Shown piece by piece: positions 1 to 12,529 of a stretch of DNA of 64,000 nt. Numbering within the stretch: the first letter of the stretch is position 1; the number at the start of each line of letters is the position of its first letter. Source of the stretch: Callorhinchus milii (Eukaryota). The notes beneath the pieces are model-generated. The model was not told where the DNA came from. It saw only the letters and a list, made by a program, of their open reading frames with translations, and did not search any database. The stretch is from contig NW_024704742.1 in NCBI RefSeq assembly GCF_018977255.1, forward strand, positions 131,380,001-131,444,000. The letters run 5' to 3'. The position numbers were made by a program, and so were the translations under genes.

Positions 1-13
1 AAGTGGGGGGAAA

Positions 14-296
14 AATAGTAATAATCCTTGCATTTGATATAGAGCCTTCTCATGTCGAGACGTCTCAAAGCGCTTCACACAATATACTGGAAAGTGAATT
101 CACTGTATATTTTATGGCAAAACACACTGCGCACAGCAGTGTCCCACAAACAGTCGTGGATTGAGTGACCAAATTATTTATTTATAAGGAATTATTATCC
201 CTGGATTCTGCTAATCGAGAAACAACTGGGTTCCTAATTATTGCTAGGTAAACAGAGGAGTGTGGAATAAGAAAACTTGCACAACATTTCGCCCAG
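14..296 (-). mobile_element. SINE family A, 5'-truncated
   Basis: Reverse complement of the GCAAGGA(TTA)n tail, GAGACGTCTC module and CTGTTTACCTAGCA body; tRNA head mostly missing. Confidence 0.85.
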
Positions 297-409
297 TTTC
301 CCCAGTTCTTAAAAAAAACTTGGTTTCCAAACAGAGAGTAAATTGAACAGTTTCTACAATTTGCACAATCCTAAAAATATTCTGGCAAGCTAAGACTTAA
401 TGGCATTTC

Positions 410-835
410 AACAACAACAACTTGTACTTATATAGTGCCCTCTGCGCAGGATAGCATCGGAGAGCGCTTAACATGTGGTGAAGCCTGACTCCGAGCCAGG
501 GGTGGGGGTGGAGGTAGCTGTAGGCACAGTCGTAGAGGAAAGTTTTCAGGCGGGACTTGAAAGAGAGAAGAGAGGGGACAAGGCAAAAGGATTGAGGGAA
601 AGTGTTCCAGAGTTTTGGGGTGCAGTGGCTGAAAACACAACCTCTGATAATGGGGCGGAGGGTGCGAGGGATGAGCAGAAGGCTGGTGCCAATCGAGCGG
701 TGGACCGGTGAGTGAGGAGGTCAGAGTGTCAGGGAGTGAAGGGATTTGAACACGAGTGTGAGAATCTTGAAGTTGATCCATTCGGGGATGGGGAGCCAGT
801 GGAGCCTGGCCAGAACTGGTGAGATGTGAGCCCAA
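410..835 (-). mobile_element. L2 LINE 3' fragment
   Basis: Minus strand gives an L2 ORF2 C-terminus (FSHCTPKLWNTFPQS...SLFKSRLKTFLYDCAY) and ends in a (TTG)n tail; near-identical relative at 19203-19660. Confidence 0.85.
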
Positions 836-1008
836 TCCCTCCTAGTACCCTCACCCTCTTGTCTCTCATTTACTCCCTTTATGAAGTTTTCTCTTTATAT
901 GTGGATGCTGTTTGCTTCAACCAGCTTTTGCCAGTGAGTTCCACTGCCTTCCTACCACCCTTTGAGTGAATATGTTCCTCCTAAATTCTCTGTTAGGTCT
1001 ACTACTAT

Positions 1009-1297
1009 GGAATCCCATTGCGTAGTGGTTAGTATGTTTGCCTCGCAAGCGACAGGACCCGGGTTCGATTCCCGAGCAGGGCAAAATTTTAGGCAAGTTT
1101 CCTTACTCCGCACACCTCTGTTGACCTAACAGCAAGTAGGAACCTGGTTGTCAGTCATTTGGCGGATGGTTTGGGGGTGGTAATAATCCCTCAAAAAAAA
1201 TGTAATCACTCTATCCACAATTGTTTGTGGGGCACTGCTGTGTGGAATTGGCTGTCATATTTCGCCCACAATATGAAAATGTAAGGATTATTATTAT
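1009..1297 (+). mobile_element. SINE family A with tRNA-like head and 3' internal deletion
   Basis: A box TAGTGGTTAG, loop CTCGCAA, B box GGTTCGATTCC, family A body, then a jump to the AAGGATTATTATT tail. Confidence 0.85.
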
Positions 1298-1734
1298 TTT
1301 ATTGCTGTCTACTACAAAATCTGACCCACATCTCTCTCTTCATTGTAAGTTGAGAAACAGACGTATCTCCATCCAAAAACTCTCAGAGTATTCCAGAGCA
1401 AGAAATCCACAAGGAAACCGATATGCGAGTGCAGTTCTATAATGCATCCTATTGTTTTCTGTCTTCACACATGAAGGTGAAAAATGTGATACTTCATAAT
1501 AGATTCGATGTGATTGAAACAGTTGCAGTCTCACCCCAAATGCACTGAATCACTCTTCTACACTGATGGCAACATTCCCCTTCCAAACAGTGACAGAATA
1601 TTGTTAATCAACTGAGTGAAACTTTCTAACCTCCAGTAATTTACAACAGATACATATAAAATTCCTTCCTAATAGCAGCGGAGAAAGCAACACAAAGCTC
1701 ATCGGTCAGATTATTTTTTAGACAAAAGAAAATT

Positions 1735-2128
1735 TATATTTGGTGTAGCAGCTTTAATGTCGGGAGGATGTCTTAAAGCACTTGACAGGATATACTGCAA
1801 ATAGCTATCACTGATCACTGTGTAGTCTGTAGGTGAACACAGCAGCCAACTTGTGCACAGCAGTCGTGAAGTGAGCGACCAATTTTATTTTGGGATTGCT
1901 GTCCAGGGGAGAAACTCCCTTCTCTTTTTGAATCATACCATGGGATGTTTGATGTCCACCTGAACAGGCAAACAGGACCTCAGTTTAATGTCTCCTCAGA
2001 CAGTGCACCCCAGAACTGTACTAGAGTGACAGGTTAGACTGTATGATTTCAAAGTTCTGATATATGGGGTTGAATCCACAACCTGATGACTCAGAAGCAA
2101 GAGCACTATCAATTGAGCCAGGCTGACA
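1735..2128 (-). mobile_element. SINE family B (Deu-domain type, tRNA-derived)
   Basis: Minus-strand head GTGTCAGCCTGGCTCAATTGATAG and core TTAAACTGAGGTCCTGTTTGCCTGTTCAGGTGGAC, like SacSINE1/AmnSINE1/SINE3 Deu domains (recalled). Confidence 0.8.
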
Positions 2129-2736
2129 CACAATATTTCTTGGAAACTCACCAAAAAAATGACGAGTAAATAATTTGAAGAGATTCAATGGCAAGGCAGA
2201 GTGAAAATACTGTACTTCCGTGTTTTTAATGATCTGGAACAAATTCACTGATGCTGCAACTCTCTTTTCTCCCTGTTTGCTGTAGAATGTATCATCTCAA
2301 CATTCAATAGATGACCAATTGAGGTCCTGACCAATGCTTTGTCTTGGGCATCTTATCTCCCTGCCCCTCATAAATCCTGGCCAGCTTATTGACATGCAAA
2401 AAAATAGTTATGGAGTTTATTTAGCATTAGTCAAAAGAAAATGACAAATTATTTGGCTACTCGCTTTGTTGTTTGTGGGATGCTGTTGGTGAAGATTGAC
2501 TGCCATATTTACTGATATAACAATTTCACTTCTGATCAATTATAGTTTGTAAAGTACTTTAAGCCATTTATTTTCATGTGAAAGATGATATATAATATAT
2601 AAATAATAAAACAGCTACATTTAGCCATATTATGTCATTGAAACATCTCAAAGTGCTTTACAGGATTTACTCTAATATGTAGTAGCATAGAATCTTTAAC
2701 ATCCGCCTGAACAGGCAGACAGAATCTTGGTTTAAT

Positions 2737-3045
2737 GAAACAAAAACAGAGAGAGCTGGGAACACTCAGCAGGTCAGGCAGAATAATGGAGAAAGGAAAG
2801 TGAGTCAACATTTCAGGTCCACGATCCTTCGTCAGAATTGGGACACGTTGGGAGGGAGAGGTTATTAAGGATAAGTTGAGAGGGGGAGGCAGGACAAGGA
2901 AGACAAAGAAGCTAAAAAAGAAGACAAAGGACAGAATGTGTTAGTTGATGGGTTAAAGAGGTGATAGTGGCGTAAAACAAAAGGGGGGGGGATGGGTTGA
3001 AACAAAACTGGGGCGAAGAGGTGTTGATAGTGCAGAAATTGTCTG
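2737..3045 (-). mobile_element. Penelope-like element 3' end/pLTR with degenerate hammerhead-like core
   Basis: CTGGGAACACTCAGCAGGTCAGGCAG repeat (also at 41700-41820); minus strand CTGACGA-AGGATCGTGGACCT-GAAA at 2835-2811. Confidence 0.65.
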
Positions 3046-3504
3046 TCCATCTGTCTGTCAACCAATTGTCACCTACCCAGCCTCCATAACCCTCTATCCA
3101 TACTTCCATCCATCCATCCATCTAACCATTGTTATCATTTCACTGGGAAACCCCAGATGGGTTTTCTAAGTGCTATTTTTCTGGTTCTTTGATCTAAAGT
3201 AATAAAATATGTACAGTGCATGTGGCTACACGCAGTAAATCATATGTTTTTGTACATTGATTTTTATTCCCAATTGGGGAGGTTGGGAATTTTGATAAAT
3301 CATTTTGAAATGCTTACAGTTTACCAGTATATTAGAGGCTCAGTATATTACACTGGAGCAGTCCTTAGCATTACACTCATTACAACATCTAGCAGATAAT
3401 TGAAACCAAAACCGATGGAGGATGGTGGCTTCTTAAAGAGGAAATTGCTCTCTAATTGAATTGTTGTCATCCTAAGCTTGTACAACAACAACAACAAGCA
3501 TTTA

Positions 3505-3785
3505 TATAATAATAATAGTCTTATGGCACCTTATCACATCTTTGAGACGTCTCACAGCGCTTCACAGAATATACTGTAAAGTGAATTTTTATTTAACTCT
3601 CCAGTCAATTGCACACAGCAGCGTCCCACAAGCAGTCGTGGATTAAATGACCAATTTATATTATTTTTTAAGGAATTATTACCCTTGGAAAAGCAGACCG
3701 CCAATCGACTAGCAACCGCGTTTCGACTTACTGCTAGGTAAACAGAGGTGTGTGGAGTAAGAAAACTTATCCAATGTTTTGGCCT
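3505..3785 (-). mobile_element. SINE family A, head lost
   Basis: Tail, GAGACGTCTC module and TTACTGCTAGGTAAACAGAGG body. Confidence 0.85.
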
Positions 3786-5904
3786 TCATCTAGGCTAAAA
3801 TTTCGGTGAACTTTGCAGAGATTGGGTTTGATACCAAGCAAGGAAGGACAGTGAAAAGTGACTGGCTGAAAGGCAACCTCAATAGTTGGTACCCTAAAAA
3901 TAATAGTTTGTTATGCAAATACTTGTGTAAACAACAACAACAAATTATATTTGTATAGCGGCTGTCACGTTGGAGGATGTCCCAAAGCACTGGACAGTCA
4001 AGGATGTGCACCCGAGCTGGAGGTTGGGACAGGAGACGTAGAGGGCAGGATGGTAAGGGTAGGAGGGTGACAGGAAATGCCGGGAGGATATCTCAAAGTG
4101 TTTTACCTTACCTCCCTCCCCTCCAACCCTACTGAGGTAACTGTATTGTTAAACAACTAAATACTCAGGGGTCGAATTACAGATGGATGTGAATGCTGGA
4201 AAGATCGTAACTTAATGTTTCTGGTGATCCTTAACAATATGGTCCACAAATCAATGGAATTTGCCATAGCTGCCGACATACACAACAAAAATTGGCAGAG
4301 GCTCAGACCATGTAGAGCTTGTTTTGATCCATAGACACGTTTGACTACAATAGGCAGTCACTACACTTTCATAAGTGTTGTTCGTTCCTCGCTGGAGGTG
4401 CTACAACCTGGTTAGCTAATTCCAGGATGTATTAAGTCAGGTTGGCAAGAGCCAAGGCAAAAGGTCCCCAGAGTGTGCGTTCATTTGAATAAAGCACCAT
4501 TATCAGGTATTATCTAACTGAAGAAAGGTATACAACAACAACAGTTTACATTGATATCTTGCCTTTCAAGTCAAGAATGGGGTGGGACCAGAAAGATTGC
4601 TCTTTAAAACAGCCAGCGCAGATAGATTGGGATGAACTAACTTCTGTGCTGTAAATGAATATGGTTCTTGTGAGAATGTTTCAAAGCATTTCACACAACT
4701 GAATGGGAGCCTGAGCTTGGGTGGGGGAGGTTGGTGAAGAGATCAGTCAACCCAGTTGAAGAAATAGGTATTGAGGTGGGTATAAGTGATTTTATAAACA
4801 AATGGCATTTTACTCAAAGGTAACATAGGCTCTTGTGTTTATTCCATGGTCACACATTCACTGAGAAACAGTGCACATTGATTTTGCCTGCAACCCTCAA
4901 CAATGAATCTGCCTGTAAACAATTGTTGGCTGGTTCACAGTATGGACTTTAAATGGCAAACCGGAGGGTATTACAAACAGGTGGAAAAAAACACATTAAC
5001 ACTTCAAAGAGATTCGGCCTCTGTGTGTAATCATGTCCTGCAGTCCCAACATGTTTTAATTAGTAGATTCAGATAAATGCGTTGGATTAAGAGATTCTGG
5101 ACAAAAAGCTCTCCGCTGTATTGCTAAGTCTATTTAATGAGCCCGTGGAAAATGTCTTTGGGCACTTAAAGTAACCCCTGCAGTGTTTTAAATGGACATT
5201 TACATCTAATTTTCCGTAAAGGTCATTCCTCCATAATGGCACTTGTAAAAAAATGGATACAAGGCTTAAAACACGATTTGTCAAGTGTAAGAACAACAAA
5301 AAGGGCATTTATACACGTGGCCAGAAATTTCTTTTCTCTTCACTCGCCTGGTACTGTAAATAGCCGATTGACTAAAATGTACCACCTTGGCGATGTTCCA
5401 CCTAGTAACTGCTGCAATGCAGAGAGGAAAGTCTTCGTTATACATGCTCCAGTCTTGCCAGAAACTAAAAGTGTCGTGTGACAGATAAGGTCCTGTGTAG
5501 ACATGAGCAGTGGCAGCTGCTGACATGTCCTGCTCAGTCTAAGTAGGATTCACTGCTCAACAGCTATCTCGTTTGGCTCAGTCTTAATGCAAGTCGTTCA
5601 ATTCATGCAAGTTTCAAAGACAATGTTCCCCATAAGTGTTCATGAGGAGCAAAAAAATTGTCAAATTCGAGCAGCTGTCTTGTTTGGAAAGGATTTGGAA
5701 CTGTGTCTGAGACTTGTTATCTGCTAATATTTCTCATACACTTAAGTACAGCCCCAGTAGATACAGTATAAGAGATGCCTAGGCTAGAATCCTGCATTAT
5801 TGTCATTCCAAAAGCAGAACTCATCGCTAGATGACATTGTGGAATGAAAGGTAAAGGAACCGTTGAAGTAAAGCTCTGAATATGCCATCCTACATCAGTG
5901 CTCC

Positions 5905-6290
5905 CTGTCTCTTCCCTGAAACTCTGTACCCCATCACACCAATTCTTGCCAGGCACCACTGGCTCCCTATCACTGAATGGATCGAGTTCAAGATCGTCAC
6001 ACTCATCTTAAAATCCCTTCATGCTCTGGCATCTCCCTACCTCTCCGACCTGCTTACTCCCCAATCCAGTATCTGCTGCTCTGCTCAACTGACTCCGGCC
6101 TCCTGCTTGTCCCTCGTACCCTCTGTTCCAACCATCGGTGGCCGCAAAACTCTGGAACACACTCCCTCAATCCCTCGATCTTGCCCCCTCCTTCCTCATC
6201 TTCTGGTCGCACTCGAAGACCTTCCTTTTTGACTGTACTTACGGTCACTTCAAACCCCTTTCTCTGGCTAGGCGTCATGCTCCACTTCTG
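5905..6290 (+). mobile_element. L2 LINE ORF2 C-terminal fragment (frameshifted)
   Basis: ITPILARHHWLPITEWIEFKIVTLILKSLHALASPYLSDLL matches the L2 motif ITP.L..LHWLP...RI.FK....K.L...AP.YLS.LL. Confidence 0.85.
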
Positions 6291-8044
6291 GGACCACATA
6301 GAGGTGTATGAAACTTTAAATGGGATTGAGAAAGTAAACCCAGAACATTATTTCAGATGCACCAAAATAGTCAAACAAAAGCACATAGGCGGCAAAGGGT
6401 AATTTCAAGACAGCCATCAGGAAGTTTTTTTTACTCAGAGAGTAAGCCAGTATGTCAGTTAGGCTCAATGGGTAGTACTCTTGCCTTTAAGTCAAAGAGT
6501 GTGGACTCAAGCCTTTACATCAGGAGTTGGAACTCATATAGTCTAAGATGACACCCCAATGCATTGCTCGATGTGCTGCATTGTCGGAGGCACCATACAA
6601 ATTCTGGAAGTGCAAATCTTGGGGTTATCCCTGTTCTTTCCACACTCCATCAGTCCCAGACCTACACATTCGTCTTATTCCTGAGATCCTCCAGCAACAT
6701 GTCAGTTATGATATAAATGAAGCAGAGGCAAGATGCGTGGTACTAAAGCAAAAGTGAATAGTATCAGCTCTGACAAGAAACCCTCTGCATCAATTAGAAC
6801 AGACACGTGTGGGTTTGCGACACAGGCTGGCTCCTTATGTCCACTAATAGAGAGTGACATAAGAGGTTCTGGCACAAAATGTTTAAACCTTAAATTTGCG
6901 GAACGCCAGGAACTTTCAACAAAACTAATGAACAAAGGCTTAGCTCCAGCCCCTTTTGTCCTGCCTCCCAGGCTGTGTCAGTGTAACGCTGTGAAGGACA
7001 ATGAGATTGTAAACTCTGCAATTTATGGTGGAAATGTAGCTACTAAATGCTTACTTAGTTTGCCAAGAGTTTAGTACTGTACTTGGAACAGGATTTCCAT
7101 AAACCGGGAGTTGAAGAGAGCCTATTTTTTATCTTTGTAATAAAACAGTCCAATTAATCATTTGTTTTTCTCAACCCACAAAAGAAACAACGATTCAAAG
7201 AAGAAATGTGTGGAGCTAAAGCTGTGTCTTGGTCACTGGAGTATTATTCAGGAGTTTGTTGAAGCTTCCTTACATTTAAGGAATGCCCTTTTTTAGTCGT
7301 TTTTCTGTAAAATCTGTTACGAACTGCATAAAATGGGCTTCAATGTTGAAACGGAGCTCAACAATTTACCAAAATCTGCGCACTATGAAATGTGACATTA
7401 ATAGAGTAAATCTAGATCCATGTGGAATTTATACCCATTAGTATGTGAACAGTAAACAGACTTCAATGTTTAACAACAAAAATGATTTGGCTTCTACTAT
7501 ACAGAGCACGTGTCTGCAGGTGAGGATTGGCAGAGGATTAACTAGATTTAATGCGCTGAGCATTACAAATTGGATAATTGGGAAACATATTATGCTTGGA
7601 GCAGGATATTGCATTCAATGCAATGCTTGGTCAGGAATTCTGCGTTATAGCGGCAAATGTGAATTGGGTCAGTCCATTTGGAATGCATGCAATGGGAGTG
7701 TAATGGGATGGGTTTGGGAGCTGGGGGTTGGGGGCTAGTGGAAATCTGGATAGTAAAATCTGGAACTCTCTCTCCAAAGGCTATGGATGCTGGATCCAAT
7801 CAAATATTCCAGACTGAAATAGATAGATTTTTGTTAGGTATCAAGTGATATTGGGCAAAGGCAGGTAATTGATCTTGGTACAGATAAGACATAATCTAAT
7901 GGAATGGTGGAACAGGAAGAAAGTGCACATTCTGTTCCGATACACAGGAATTTTTCCATGTGTAGAATTTCCTGTGTAACTCTCAGTTTGGTTTGGATAC
8001 CCTTATGCATGGTAATGGGTTTCCGCATTGACCGAAATAAAACC

Positions 8045-8310
8045 TGAATAAGACAGGAGTGAACTGGAAGTATATGTGAACTAATGGGTTGGGGTTGATG
8101 GGCTTGTGGAGCCTTGTATGGGAGAGGATCTGGGCTCTGGAGTTCTGGACAGTCTGCAACTTGAGGATGGTGGAACTGGGAAAGCAGGGATTGGAACATT
8201 CTTGTCTGGAGGTGACAGCGATGTGGATGAGGGTTTCAGCAATTTGGGGGTGGGGGTGGAGGGTATGGTAGTGGAAGAGACAAGCGATGGTGCAGAAAAA
8301 CAGATTGGTT
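8045..8310 (-). mobile_element. L2 LINE ORF2 fragment
   Basis: AETLIHIAVTSR...KLQTVQNSRAQIL...PINP matches the L2 motif LIHAFVTSRLDY...KLQ.VQN.AAR.L. Confidence 0.75.
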
Positions 8311-8689
8311 TTAAAGGGGACCACTATTTAGAATGGAGTTTCTCCCGGTGTCCTGGCTAACTGTCCTCCAGGTAAGTTAGTCATTTACTTTGTGGATGTT
8401 TGTGGGCATAAATTGTCTGCTGCGTTTGCCTAAATATACACAACAATCGCTGTACCTACTGTGTGCTCATAGCAAGTACTTGTGAAGGGTTCAAAGATGT
8501 TTTAACGAGATGTTACGCATGTAATATCAAATACAATAATTATCTTTAATTTATGATACTGTATACTTTTTGAAAATTTGTTTGCAAAGTTCCCAGTTAC
8601 TATAGGAAACATCCCTCAAAATGTGCTTAGCACAAGGACAAAGTCCGCCACTAGTCCAGGTCAGAGTGGTATTGGTCAATTGCATTACT

Positions 8690-8995
8690 CCAACTCTGGA
8701 GCACTGTAGTTTTGTGTCTAGTTTCGGTCACAGGGTGACAGGGACGCAGAGAGGGGGCAGAGGAAATTGACTTGGACGATACCAGGGATGAGTGATTTGA
8801 CTTATGCACAGAGACTGAAGGAGAACTCAGGCTATTTTCATTGGAGGTGACCTTACTGAGGTCTTTAAAATTGAGGGTTTTTATAGAATGGACAGCAAGA
8901 AATTAAATCCTCTGGTCGAGAAGCCAGTGACTTGAAGCCATCAATTTGAGATAGCAAACAAACAAGTACAGGAGGAGATTAGGAGGATTGCTTTT
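8690..8995 (+). mobile_element. CR1 LINE fragment, old
   Basis: Decayed QR...IPGM...Y..RL..LGLFSLE..DL.EVFKI segment. Confidence 0.7.
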
Positions 8996-9261
8996 TACAA
9001 TTTGTGCCCACAAACAGCCATAAAGTGACTGATCAATTTATCTGGAGGACTGAGACAGGACATAGGGAGAAACTCCATCCAAAATACTGGCTTCCTCTTA
9101 GCAGCAGTATGCCTTTTCTTTTTAGCTTGTTTTTTTAGAGTCGTTTTAGGATGTGGAATGGTCTGCCAATGTGTGGTGGTAGAGACATGATCCATATCAA
9201 AGGGAACTAGAATCTATATCTAATGAGGAATAATCTACAGGAGTAAGTATAGGAAAATATT

Positions 9262-9640
9262 AATAATAATCTTTGCATTTCATATAGCGCCTTATTACGT
9301 GATTGAAACGTCTCAAAAAGCTTCACAGAATATACTATAAAGTGGATTAACTGTATATTTTGTGGATGAAACGCGGCAGCCAATTGCGCACAGCAGTGTT
9401 CTACAAACAGTCGTGGATTGAGCAACCAAATTATTTTTTTTAGATTTATTTTTGAAAGGATTATTACCCCATTGGAAAAGCAATCTGCCGATCGACTAAC
9501 AACCGGTTTCCTACTTACTGCTATATAAACAGAGGCGTGTGGAATAAGGAAACTTGCCCAACATTTCGCCCTGCTGGGAATCTAACCTAGGTCCTCTCGC
9601 TTGCGAGGCGAGTGCTCTAACTATTGAGCTACAGGGCTCC
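9262..9640 (-). mobile_element. SINE family A, full length
   Basis: Minus strand GGAGCCCTGTAGCTCAATAGTTAGAGCACTCGCCTCGCAAGCGAGAGG head through body to the (TTA)n tail. Confidence 0.9.
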
Positions 9641-11614
9641 ACAAGTAAATGGGACTGTAAGGAATGCTTTTTCAAAGAGTCAACACACACATGATGGGCC
9701 GAATGGCTTTCTTCTGTTCCATGCTAAATCTGGAAATCTCTACAATTCTAGACTGCTCAGGGTCGGCAAAGGTGCTTTCCTGTCAAATATAAGTGATGGG
9801 ATAATAGCTAACTGGAAACAGACAACGTTTATTCATTATTCAACAAAACAACACTGCAAGTTCACTGATCCCATGGTTTTCTAGACATCGTTTGATTCCT
9901 GACAGCGCGCAGGAAGATCTTCAAAAGCGACACAAGAACATTTCGGGCGAACAAAAAAAAGACATCTGATCGAGGAGCCCTGTGTCTGAGACACGAGATG
10001 AGGCAACTATTCAGAAGTCGAATCCATCTTGTGCGTTCACCTTGAGGCCACTGAGCAGAATAGACTTCAAAACGAACCGCACCGCTCTTTTCCTTTCAAA
10101 CGGAGATAGTTGCCTGGTGATAATGTCTTGTGGGAGACATTGGTGGTTTAGTACGATGTGATGCCACAAAGTCACTTCTGTCACAAAAAGCATCAAAAGC
10201 CCAAACTCCCACCCACCCCCCAGCACATAGCAAAAGCTAAAAAGCGGATCTGCATTACCGTATATCCTGTGAAGCGCTTTGAGGCATCCTCCAGACATGA
10301 AAACCTCAATAGCAAATGTAATTTGGCTTATAACTTAAGGATGTATGTCTAGCAGGATCTTAGCATTACCAGAATACTTCACCTGTTCTGACACATCTCT
10401 CGAGAGTGAAGCACTTGCCTTTGTGCAACCCGTATTGAAGGACGTGTGGACGTGTGCGAGAGGCTGTTTGACAACTGACGCCATTCTGTCCTAAGTGACC
10501 GTAAATTCAAGATCGCGAGGAGTGTAATTTATTGCCACTTTGAATTCAGCTGCTAACAAAGTGACAATAAGAGGAGAGCCATAAAACCGCATTTTTCCTC
10601 AAAGAAGCAGTTGTGTTGAACAACCGTGCAATAAAAATCCCTGCAAAATAAACCAGGAAACCTTCTGCATCTAATGCCACAGCAGACCTGGCTGTGACCT
10701 TCCATTCAACCACTTCAGCCACAGGGCAAATGGGCAGCAGCAACAACAATAACTTTCATTTATATAGCACCCTTCACGCAGGATAGTGTCTCAGAGCACT
10801 TAACATGATAAATAAATAATAATCCTTCCATATGATATAGCATCTTTCACATGAAGAGGATGCTTCAAAGCACTTTACAGGATTTACTACGATGTGCAGT
10901 GACTTTGTGTTTTGTGGGTGATGGCGGGGCTGGAAGAAGCAGGAAGGTGACCATAGGCACAGCCAAAGAGGTCAAGAATGTGTTACTAGGGAGGGTGGTA
11001 GAGGCTAGTGTAGAGGCCGGGATGTTGGACTCATTTGAAACAGGTTCAACAATATTAGGATGAGCATAGGATTATTATTTTGTAAGGATGCGAAAAAATG
11101 GTCCGAAGGGCCTTCTTCATCTGAGCCTCTCTTGTGATCTCGTGAATAGTACTCAGGCTTTCAGTAGGATGCAATCATCCTACTGAATTTTATTCCCAGT
11201 TCATACACAGAGAAGCATCATTTCTCTCCCTTGGGGTCCTTGGCGTAAAATAAACCACCACGCAGTGGAACATCAAGCGAAGAACTAAAGCACTCAAACC
11301 ACAAACAAATGCAGTCGTTATACTGGAGCTATTTTTATAGTATTACAATTGGTCAGGAAAATGTCTAAGTACCAGGTCGGTGCCCACAGCAGTGGAACAT
11401 AAATAATAAGCCTTGTATTTGATGCAGTGCCTTTCAGGTTGGGAGGATGCCTCAAAGCGCTTCACAGGATGTACTGTGAAGCGCAGTGACTGTGTATTTT
11501 GTAGGCGAACCCTCAGCCAATTTGTGTGCAGGAAGGTCCTGTAAACAGCCAGCGAGTGACTGTTGCTGAGCGCAGGGAGTAGCTGGGCTATAGAATTGCA
11601 GGACGTTGCAGAGG

Positions 11615-11983
11615 TAATAATAATCCTTGCATTTGAGAATTATCATGTCATTGAGATGTCTCAAAGTGCTTCACAGAATATACTGTAAAGTGAATTGACT
11701 GTTTATTTTGTGGGCTAATTGTGCACAGCAGTATCTCACAAACAATTTTAGATTGAGTGATCAAATTATTATTTCATTGATTTACTTATTTGTTTTGTAG
11801 GGATTATTATCCTCTGGAAAAGCGATCCACCAATCAATTAACAACCTAGATCCCATTTACTGCTAGGTAAACAGAGGCGTGTGGAATAAGAAAACTTGCC
11901 TAAGGTTTTGTCCTGCCCAGGAATTGAACTGTGGTCCTTTCGCTTGCCAGACGAGTGCTCTAACCAATACCCTACAGGACTCC
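11615..11983 (-). mobile_element. SINE family A, full length
   Basis: Same head, body and tail organisation as 9262-9640. Confidence 0.9.
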
Positions 11984-12529
11984 ATGACTCCAATAGGCTA
12001 CATGCAGGGCAGGGTGAGGCCAAGGAGGCATCTGAATGCAAGCAGAAGGATCCTGAATTCATCTCTCGACACCAAAGCAATCTGTAATCTCTTTTCTCAC
12101 CATACGTACGAAAAAGGTTCAGGGCCCCGTGAAGAAACCATTCAGAGGTGATTAAAAGCCAGATGATGTTCACTGCTGGCATGCACCTACCACACTAGAT
12201 AACTTACCTATGGGAGTCACCTTCTCCTTTGATCTAATGAAGTCTGCGCTCATGTTCCTTCACTGGCTCTGAATGTAACACACAAATTAGCCATTTTTAT
12301 TCTGGGGCTTTGATAAATGGACTGCGATGAAAAGTTGCTGTCACATTCCAGTTGAGAGATGATCTTTTTTATTGCACTTTTCTCCCCTCCGAATCTCCTG
12401 GAGCGCTTTCTCTCTCTGGAGCACAGTTTCACAGGCACTAACCACCCACTGGTAATTTGCTCAGTTGGCTGTTCTTCTTGTGTGAGCCGAGGCAATGAAT
12501 CTTGCCTATTTGGCTGTAGCAATACGTGC

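Noticed and set aside
1009..1082. tRNA-Ala-like genes (also at 9565-9640, 53983-54050 and 62985-63060)
   Set aside because: Each runs straight into the SINE body and has a broken acceptor stem; these are SINE heads, not tRNA genes
6726..6750. AGGCAAGATGC, matching the start of miR-31
   Set aside because: The match ends after 11 nt and there is no complementary 3' arm
6733..7074. 113-aa ORF, and the DAEGFL word shared by ORFs 6702-6935 and 10546-10749
   Set aside because: No recognisable domain or splice context; the shared word reflects only a ~15-bp nucleotide match
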